57,720 nucleotides of DNA from positions 1-57,720 of the forward strand of contig JAHDFR010000001.1 of the NCBI GenBank assembly GCA_020628065.1. The letters run 5' to 3'. Below, piece by piece: positions 51,369 to 57,720 of the stretch (position 1 is the first letter of the stretch; every line of letters starts with the position of its first letter). Source of the DNA: Acidimicrobiales bacterium (lineage in GTDB: Bacteria > Actinomycetota > Acidimicrobiia > Acidimicrobiales > SZUA-35). The position numbers were made by a program, and so were the translations under genes. The notes below the pieces were generated by a model, which did not search any database, had not been told where the DNA came from, and was given only the letters and a program-made list of their open reading frames with translations.

Positions 51369-53537
51369 ATGATGGTTTCCGATCAGTCCATTTGGCGCGG
51401 TCATATGTACCCCTTGGGGGCTCACTGGGACGGAAACGGCACCAACTTCGCTGTGTACTCCGAACCGGCCGATTACGTAGAGGTCTGCCTGTTCGACGCC
51501 AACGGCAAAGAGACCCGGTACCGGCTGCCGGAAGTGACGGCATTTGTCCATCATGGCTACGTGGACGGAGTCGGACCCGGCCAGCAATACGGCTACCGGG
51601 TTCACGGCCCCTGGGACCCCGGCCGTGGCTTGCTGTGCAACTCGCAGAAGCTGCTGATGGACCCGTACGCCAAAGCCATTTCCGGCGACATCGCCTGGGG
51701 CCCGGACGTCTACGGCCACCTTCAAGCCAAGCCCACCGAGATCAGCCAGGTCGACAGCGCCCCCAGCATGCCGAGATCCGTGGTCATCGATCCCACATTC
51801 GACTGGGGGGACGACACCAAACCCGGCACCCCGTTGCATGGCACCGTCATCTACGAAACCCACGTCAAAGGGCTCACCTATACCCACCCCGACGTTCCAC
51901 CCGAGATCCGGGGCACCTACGCCGCCATGGTGTCGGAGCCCATCCTGGACCACCTGATCCAACTTGGAGTCACGGCGGTTGAACTGCTACCGGTGCACCA
52001 CTTCTTGTCGGAGCACGGCACCTTCGAGCGAGGCCTGACCAACTACTGGGGATACAACACCCTCGGGTTCTTCGCCCCCCACGGCGCCTACTCATCGGTG
52101 GGCGACGGCGGTGGCCAGGTACGAGAATTCAAATCGATGGTCAAGGCGTTCCACGCCGAAGGCATCGAGGTCATTCTCGACGTGGTGTACAACCACACCG
52201 CCGAGGGCAACCATCTCGGACCCACATTGACGTTCAAAGGGTTCGACAATCCGGCCTACTACCGGCTGTCACCCGACAACCCCCGCTACTACGTGGACTT
52301 CAGCGGCACCGGCAACAGCCTGAACATGCGTCACTCCCAGACGCTGCAAATGATGATGGACAGTCTTCGCTACTGGATTCTGGACATGCGGGTCGACGGC
52401 TTCCGGTTTGACTTGGCCGCCGCCCTGGCCAGAGGCCTGCACGAAGTTGATCGACTGTCGTCGTTCTTCGACCTGATCCACCAGGATCCGGTGGTCAATC
52501 AGGTGAAGCTCATCGCCGAACCGTGGGACGTCGGGCTGGGTGGCTATCAAGTCGGCAACTTTCCGCCATTGTGGTCCGAGTGGAACGGCAAGTACCGCGA
52601 CGACATGCGGGACTATTGGCGAGGTACCGACACCACCAGAGGTAAGTTCGCCACTCGTCTCAGCGGAAGCTCGGACCTGTACGGATGGTCGGGTCGACGA
52701 CCGTCGGCCAGCATCAACTTCATCACCGCCCATGACGGCTTCACGCTCACCGATCTGGTGTCGTACAACGACAAGCACAATGAGGCCAACGGGGAGGAGA
52801 ATCGCGACGGCGACTCACACAACCGTTCCTGGAACTCCGGTGTTGAGGGCCCAACCGATTCGGCTGACGTCCTTGACGTCCGAAACACCCGGCGTCGCTC
52901 ACTCATGACCACCCTGATGCTCTCCCAGGGCGTACCGATGCTGCTGGGAGGCGACGAGATCGGCAGGACAAAAGGTGGCAACAACAACACCTACTGTCAG
53001 GACAACGAAGTCTCGTGGTACGACTGGGCCAAGGTCGACGAGAGCTTCCTGGCCTTCACCCGCAGACTGATCAGGCTTCGCCATCACCACCCGGTGCTAC
53101 GCCGCCGGCGGTGGTTTGAGGGGCGGCCAATCTGGTCAAACGACATCGAGGACATCGAATGGTTCGGGCCAAGCGGGCAACACATGACCGAGCCGAAGTG
53201 GGCCGATAGCGGCCAGTTGGCGCTTGCGGTCTTCCTCAACGGCCAAGCCATCACCTCGACTGGTACCAGAGGGCAGCGAATCGTCGACGACAGCTTCCTT
53301 GTGCTCTGCAACCCCACCCCGGCCGAGACGGCCTTTCGAGTCCCCGAGCACCTTGGAGGCGTTGAGTGGCTGGTAGAAGTCGACACCGCCTCCGACCCGG
53401 CCCGTGGCAGCAAAGTCGAGAAGTCCGACGAGTGGCTCGTTCAGCCGTGGGCGATGGTTCTGCTCCGAAGAATCGACGACGACTGGTCGGTGGCGATTGA
53501 GGGCGAATCTCAAATCGACGCCGACGGCGACCTGTAG
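51369..53537 (+). CDS. glgX: Glycogen debranching enzyme (GH13)
   Basis: YPLGAHWDGNGTNFAVYS, NYWGYNTLGFFAP, VDGFRFDLA, IAEPWD and NFITAHDGFTL. 722 aa. Confidence 0.93.
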   Translation: MMVSDQSIWRGHMYPLGAHWDGNGTNFAVYSEPADYVEVCLFDANGKETRYRLPEVTAFVHHGYVDGVGPGQQYGYRVHGPWDPGRGLLCNSQKLLMDPYAKAISGDIAWGPDVYGHLQAKPTEISQVDSAPSMPRSVVIDPTFDWGDDTKPGTPLHGTVIYETHVKGLTYTHPDVPPEIRGTYAAMVSEPILDHLIQLGVTAVELLPVHHFLSEHGTFERGLTNYWGYNTLGFFAPHGAYSSVGDGGGQVREFKSMVKAFHAEGIEVILDVVYNHTAEGNHLGPTLTFKGFDNPAYYRLSPDNPRYYVDFSGTGNSLNMRHSQTLQMMMDSLRYWILDMRVDGFRFDLAAALARGLHEVDRLSSFFDLIHQDPVVNQVKLIAEPWDVGLGGYQVGNFPPLWSEWNGKYRDDMRDYWRGTDTTRGKFATRLSGSSDLYGWSGRRPSASINFITAHDGFTLTDLVSYNDKHNEANGEENRDGDSHNRSWNSGVEGPTDSADVLDVRNTRRRSLMTTLMLSQGVPMLLGGDEIGRTKGGNNNTYCQDNEVSWYDWAKVDESFLAFTRRLIRLRHHHPVLRRRRWFEGRPIWSNDIEDIEWFGPSGQHMTEPKWADSGQLALAVFLNGQAITSTGTRGQRIVDDSFLVLCNPTPAETAFRVPEHLGGVEWLVEVDTASDPARGSKVEKSDEWLVQPWAMVLLRRIDDDWSVAIEGESQIDADGDL

Positions 53538-53695
53538 CAGCCATCGCACCGAGTCCGTCCACCGCCGAATCCGGCACTGGACGGTAAAGAGCCGACCCGA
53601 GCCGACCGACAGGAACCGTCCACGCCCCACCCCGCCGATTGAACGGGCGGGCGCGCAACTACCCCTACAAGGACGACCGGCAGGGTGAACCTACG

Positions 53696-55675
53696 ATGAC
53701 CATCACACAGACCGATGACGCAAGCACCGACGACGCCATCAGTATCACCTCGGATGTAGCGGGGACTCACCAGGCGACCGGCCCAACCCAGGACGATCTC
53801 AACCGGTTTGGAAACGGTTGCCACGACTCCGTCTACCGATTCCTTGGCGCTCATGTCGGGCCGGATGGGTGCCACTTTCGGGTCTGGGCACCGAACGCTG
53901 CAGCCGTGGACGTCATCGGCGACTTCAACGGTTGGAAAGGCGGCCTCCACCCCATGAGCCCCTCCGACGCCGGCATCTGGCACGGTTGGGCGCCCGAAGC
54001 CAGGCCCGGGGACACCTACAAGTACCGGATCACCCCGGCATTCGGCCCGCCGATCGAAAAGGCCGACCCGATGGCCTTCGCCACCGAGGAGCCACCACGA
54101 ACAGCCTCGAAGATCTGGTCCGGAGAGTATCAATGGTCCGACTCCACCTGGATGGAATCGCGCCGAGACCGCAACCGTATGGACGGGCCGATCTCCATCT
54201 ATGAGGTCCATCTCGGGTCATGGAGATATGAGCCGGGCGGCTACCGGGCTCTGGCCCATCAGCTGGCCGACCACCTCGACGCCACCGGGTTTACCCATGT
54301 CGAGCTGATGCCGGTGATGGAACATCCCTTCTACGGCTCCTGGGGCTATCAGCTACTTTCGTACTTCGCCCCCACGGCGCGCTACGGCCGCCCCGAAGAC
54401 CTCATGTATCTGATCGACGTGCTTCACAAGCGCGGCTACGGCGTCATCTTGGACTGGGTACCCAGTCACTTCCCGGTCGACAAGCACGGTCTGGCCGGGT
54501 TTGACGGAACCCACCTGTACGAGCACGCCGACCCGCGTCTGGGATTCCATCCGGACTGGACAAGCGCAATCTTCAACTACGACCGGCACGAGGTTCGCAG
54601 CTATCTACTGTCCAGCGCCCGCTACTGGGTTGAGAAGTTTCACGCCGACGGCCTGCGGGTCGACGGGGTCGCTTCGATGTTGTACCGCAACTACTCAAGG
54701 CCCGACGGTGAGTGGATCCCAAATCACTACGGAGGTCACGAAAACATCGGTGCCGCCACCCTGCTGCAGGATCTCAACCGGAGCCTGTACGCCGAATTCG
54801 ACGACATCATGGTCATGGCCGAAGAGTCAACAGCATGGCCCGGCGTCACAACACCAACCGATTTCGGTGGCCTGGGATTCGGTTACAAGTGGGACATGGG
54901 TTGGATGAACGACACGTTGCGCTACGTCGAGCGCGACTCGGTTCACCGCCGCTGGCATCACCACGATCTCACCTTCAGGATGGTCTACGCCTACGACGAG
55001 AACTACGTGCTGCCGCTGTCGCATGACGAAGTAGCCCACGGCAAAGGATCGTTGCTGTCAAAGCAGCCGGGCGACTCATGGCAGCAGTTCGCCGGGCTTC
55101 GCTTGCTACTCGGCTACCAGTACGCCCTACCAGGAAAGAAGCTGCTGTTCATGGGGGCTGAGTTTGCCGCCAGGGACGAGTGGCGCCACGACCAAGAGCT
55201 CGACTGGGGCTTGCTCCAGCACGACTCGCACGCCGGCATGATGCGTTGGGTTAAGACGTTGAACGACCTGTATCGCAGCCAACCGGCCCTCCACCGCCTC
55301 GATCGAAACCCCGAGGGCTTCCGCTGGATCGTCATGGACGACAACGACAACAGCGTTCTGGCCTTCGCCCGGTCATCCGGGTGTGACGGAGGTGACGGCA
55401 TCGATGCTGCGACATCTGCTGTCGCCGCGCCGCCTGAAGATATTGTCGTCATCTGCAACTTCACCCCGGTACCGCGCCACGACTACCGCATTGGTGTCCC
55501 TCGGACGGGACAGTGGGTCGAGCTGGCCAACAGCGACGCAACCGACTACTGGGGCAGCGGGGTTGCCGGAGGGACATGGGAGACCGACGACATTGCATCG
55601 CACGGGTATGAGCAATCGATAGCCATCACCGTCCCTCCGTTGTCAATCTGCTTTCTCTCAACGTCGCAGACCTGA
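53696..55675 (+). CDS. glgB: 1,4-alpha-glucan branching enzyme (GH13)
   Basis: WGYQLLSYFAPT, GLRVDGVASMLY, MAEESTAWPG and LPLSHDEVAHGKGS. ATG 53696 is chosen over the ORF-track start 53639. Confidence 0.92.
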   Translation: MTITQTDDASTDDAISITSDVAGTHQATGPTQDDLNRFGNGCHDSVYRFLGAHVGPDGCHFRVWAPNAAAVDVIGDFNGWKGGLHPMSPSDAGIWHGWAPEARPGDTYKYRITPAFGPPIEKADPMAFATEEPPRTASKIWSGEYQWSDSTWMESRRDRNRMDGPISIYEVHLGSWRYEPGGYRALAHQLADHLDATGFTHVELMPVMEHPFYGSWGYQLLSYFAPTARYGRPEDLMYLIDVLHKRGYGVILDWVPSHFPVDKHGLAGFDGTHLYEHADPRLGFHPDWTSAIFNYDRHEVRSYLLSSARYWVEKFHADGLRVDGVASMLYRNYSRPDGEWIPNHYGGHENIGAATLLQDLNRSLYAEFDDIMVMAEESTAWPGVTTPTDFGGLGFGYKWDMGWMNDTLRYVERDSVHRRWHHHDLTFRMVYAYDENYVLPLSHDEVAHGKGSLLSKQPGDSWQQFAGLRLLLGYQYALPGKKLLFMGAEFAARDEWRHDQELDWGLLQHDSHAGMMRWVKTLNDLYRSQPALHRLDRNPEGFRWIVMDDNDNSVLAFARSSGCDGGDGIDAATSAVAAPPEDIVVICNFTPVPRHDYRIGVPRTGQWVELANSDATDYWGSGVAGGTWETDDIASHGYEQSIAITVPPLSICFLSTSQT

Positions 55676-55706
55676 GACCCGCTCCAAGCACCATTAGCCG
55701 TTCCGG

Positions 55707-56645
55707 CTAGCCATTCAAGGGCCAGACGTCTTCATTGACCAGATGCGTCGGCCGTTCGCCGGCCGCTCCCTGGCTGATCTGTTGCCATGCCATGTCCAAC
55801 ATCCGTCGCCGACCTACGGTTGTGTTGGAAGCAATATGCGGCGTCACCACCACGTTGTGGCGATGCAACAACGTGTGGTCCGCCGGCAACGGTTCGGGCT
55901 CGGTGACATCAAGTCCGGCGGCGGCCACCCGGCCGGAGTCCAGCGCGGCGACCAGAGCGTCGTGGTCAACCAGGCCACCGCGGGCGGCATTGATGAACAG
56001 TACGCCCTCACGGCATCGGCCGAACACCGCAGAGTCGAACAGTTTCTCGGTTTCCGTCGTCAACGGAGCGTGCAGCGACAAGACATCGGACTCGGCCAGT
56101 AGCGACTCGAAGTCGACGAAACGGGTACCGTCATCGACCTGTCCGGAGACGTAGGGGTCGTGCGACAACACTTCCATACCGATACCGCCACATATCTGTG
56201 CCATATGTCGAGCGATGCGACCAAAACCCAGCAGGCCGATGGTCATTCCCTGTAGCTCAACACCAGTGGTGTGTTCGCCGTATCCACCTTGGGCCCTGCG
56301 AAGTTCTTCCTGCCGTATCGGCAGACCTTTGGCCACCGAGAACAGCAGGGCGACCGCATGCTCAGCGGTCGATGTAGTAGGCCCATCGGGGGTATTGGTG
56401 ACCAGCACCCGGCGTCTGGTGGCCTCGGCCAAGTCGACCGAATCGACGCCTATCCCGGTTCGGGCCAGCTGTCTCAGGTTCGGGGCGAGATCGAAGCGGT
56501 CGGCGTCCCATACCGCTCCGCCCACCAGAGCGAAGTCTGCTTCGGCTAGTGCCTCCGGGTCTGGCCCAACCACGACCATGGCGCCCTGAACGACCTCGTT
56601 GATGTCGGGAATGGCTCGATCGATGTGAAGTGTCGGCTTGGTCAC
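55707..56645 (-). CDS. D-2-hydroxyacid / phosphoglycerate dehydrogenase family protein
   Basis: GLLGFGRIARHMA (NAD fold), FINAARGGLVD and VVVTPHIASNT. It is a paralogue of the gene at 1003-1947. Confidence 0.85.
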   Translation of the reverse strand: MTKPTLHIDRAIPDINEVVQGAMVVVGPDPEALAEADFALVGGAVWDADRFDLAPNLRQLARTGIGVDSVDLAEATRRRVLVTNTPDGPTTSTAEHAVALLFSVAKGLPIRQEELRRAQGGYGEHTTGVELQGMTIGLLGFGRIARHMAQICGGIGMEVLSHDPYVSGQVDDGTRFVDFESLLAESDVLSLHAPLTTETEKLFDSAVFGRCREGVLFINAARGGLVDHDALVAALDSGRVAAAGLDVTEPEPLPADHTLLHRHNVVVTPHIASNTTVGRRRMLDMAWQQISQGAAGERPTHLVNEDVWPLNG

Positions 56646-56799
56646 CGGCTCGTCCTCTCTGCTCGTGATCTGAACTAGTAGACGTTGGTCCTAAGCATCA
56701 TATGGCTCGCCGGCCGTTCGGCTTCGCCCACGGCCGCCCGGCTATGGCGGAGTCCAACCGACGGTCCTGTACTCTCCATCTTGAGATGAAGCGGGCCGC

Positions 56800-57696
56800 A
56801 TGAACACACCAGGCGTCGAACCAGTCGGCCGGCCAACGCAGCGGCCGCCGCTGTCAAGATCGGTCAGGTTGGTATTGGCCATGACGCTTCTGGCCGGAGC
56901 CTGCGGCAGTAACGACCGACCCAACGCGCTGCCCGACGATGAGCTTGTCATCTCCACCACCGTCATCTCCAACGCCGAAATCCCGGGCGACACCGAGCTA
57001 AGCTCCCGACCGTCGTTACCTACTGGTGCAGCCGCTGCTCAACTACTGGAAACCTCTCCGGTTGCGCCAGGAACGCTCATACGAGTCGAGATCGAACCGT
57101 GCGTCGGTCTGGGCCGCCAGCGAGCGACCGCCATGGCGGTTGGGCCGCAGCTGGCTATAACGGCGGCGCACTCGGTGGAGGGTGCCAAGGCGGTGACGTT
57201 GCGGTACACCGACTCAGCCGGTCGGGAAACGACAGTCGGAGCGTTGCTTGAAGCAGCCGATCCCGGCAAGGACATTGCACTGATCCGACCGGCGGCGCCG
57301 CTTGAGCTCGCCTGGGAGCCGTTCTCTCTCGGGGAACCCTTGGTCGGTGATCCTGTGACGGTGGAGACCTATGCCGACGCTGACGGCCCGGTGACAAAGC
57401 CTGCCGAGGTGCTACGACTTGTCAACACCACCTTGGACGGGGAGGGTCGAAGGGCGGCGGTTGAGCTGATGGCCGACATTGATCCCGGTGACTCCGGGGC
57501 GCCGGTTCTGGCTCCAAACGGGCGAACAATCGGAATGATCTTTGCCTCGTCCAGGACCTCGGAGCGTGGCTGGGCCGTTCGCTCCAATGAACTGGCGGCC
57601 GTGCTGGACGAACATGAAGCGTCCGCTGACGCCGTGGCGGAGGGCCCAGCTGCGGACGGAACCGAATTTGCTTGCCCAGACCCCGTCCAACCGTAG
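56800..57696 (+). CDS. Secreted trypsin-like (S1 family) serine protease, probable lipoprotein
   Basis: The signal peptide ends in LLAGACGS, which is lipobox-like. The catalytic triad context is TAAHSVEG, KDIALIRP and PGDSGAPVL. 298 aa. Confidence 0.8.
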   Translation: MNTPGVEPVGRPTQRPPLSRSVRLVLAMTLLAGACGSNDRPNALPDDELVISTTVISNAEIPGDTELSSRPSLPTGAAAAQLLETSPVAPGTLIRVEIEPCVGLGRQRATAMAVGPQLAITAAHSVEGAKAVTLRYTDSAGRETTVGALLEAADPGKDIALIRPAAPLELAWEPFSLGEPLVGDPVTVETYADADGPVTKPAEVLRLVNTTLDGEGRRAAVELMADIDPGDSGAPVLAPNGRTIGMIFASSRTSERGWAVRSNELAAVLDEHEASADAVAEGPAADGTEFACPDPVQP

Positions 57697-57720
57697 CGGC
57701 CGTGGCGAGAGCCGACCGGT

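Noticed and set aside
51285-51962. Long antisense or shadow ORFs inside well-supported genes (also 53510-54211, 7968-8819, 21946-22488, 33080-33739, 34326-34880, 52269-52778, 11934-13043)
   Set aside because: This is the typical stop-codon-poor antisense frame of GC-rich genes. Their translations are Arg/Gly/Pro-rich with no recognisable motifs, and each lies opposite a gene with strong family signatures.

Overview
Visibly GC-rich (roughly 60-65 % by eye, not computed), gene-dense chromosomal segment. Protein signatures point to Actinomycetota, possibly Acidimicrobiia (inference only): orphan MsiK-type sugar ABC ATPase, OtsA, GlgX/GlgB, a SARP-type regulator, DUF4397, a class F-like sortase and an FmdB zinc ribbon with a Ser-rich tail. 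I support about 50 CDS and one tRNA-Ala(CGC). I saw no rRNA, CRISPR array, transposase, integrase or phage genes. Many neighbouring genes overlap by 4 nt (ATGA/GTGA), which suggests operons with translational coupling. Functional blocks, left to right: reverse transsulfuration (cbs plus a gamma-lyase-type enzyme); an RND-like membrane protein; GFA and thiolase-like genes; otsA; aroA with a zinc alcohol dehydrogenase; msiK; a small accessory-looking block at 15.7-21.3 kb (zinc-ribbon protein, PD-(D/E)XK-like protein, membrane pseudokinase-DUF4397 protein, sortase, SARP-like regulator); pepN and a phosphoesterase; a PEP-utilizing swivel-domain protein; an M50B-like peptidase; pirin; a ferredoxin / ferredoxin reductase / Nudix operon; a membrane-fused sulfite-oxidase-fold Mo enzyme; an M23 peptidase; cell-envelope sugar genes (tagA/wecG-like, epimerase, galU); a Moco operon (moeA-moaA-moaC plus an unknown membrane protein); tldD/pmbA; dxs; glgX-glgB; a second 2-hydroxyacid dehydrogenase; and a trypsin-like lipoprotein. 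The most unusual item is an 802-aa bitopic protein. It has a degenerate cytoplasmic Ser/Thr-kinase domain, an extracellular DUF4397 module and a sortase-signal-like C-terminus, and it is translationally coupled to a sortase. Several intergenic regions carry unexplained short tandem repeats or palindromes: a G-quadruplex-capable 8-mer array and a 16-bp duplication upstream of msiK and the zinc-ribbon gene, a 12-bp x ~7 array at 27.7 kb, a four-copy 9-mer array upstream of dxs, and strong hairpins upstream of otsA and moeA. All family calls come from reading motifs by eye; no database search was run.
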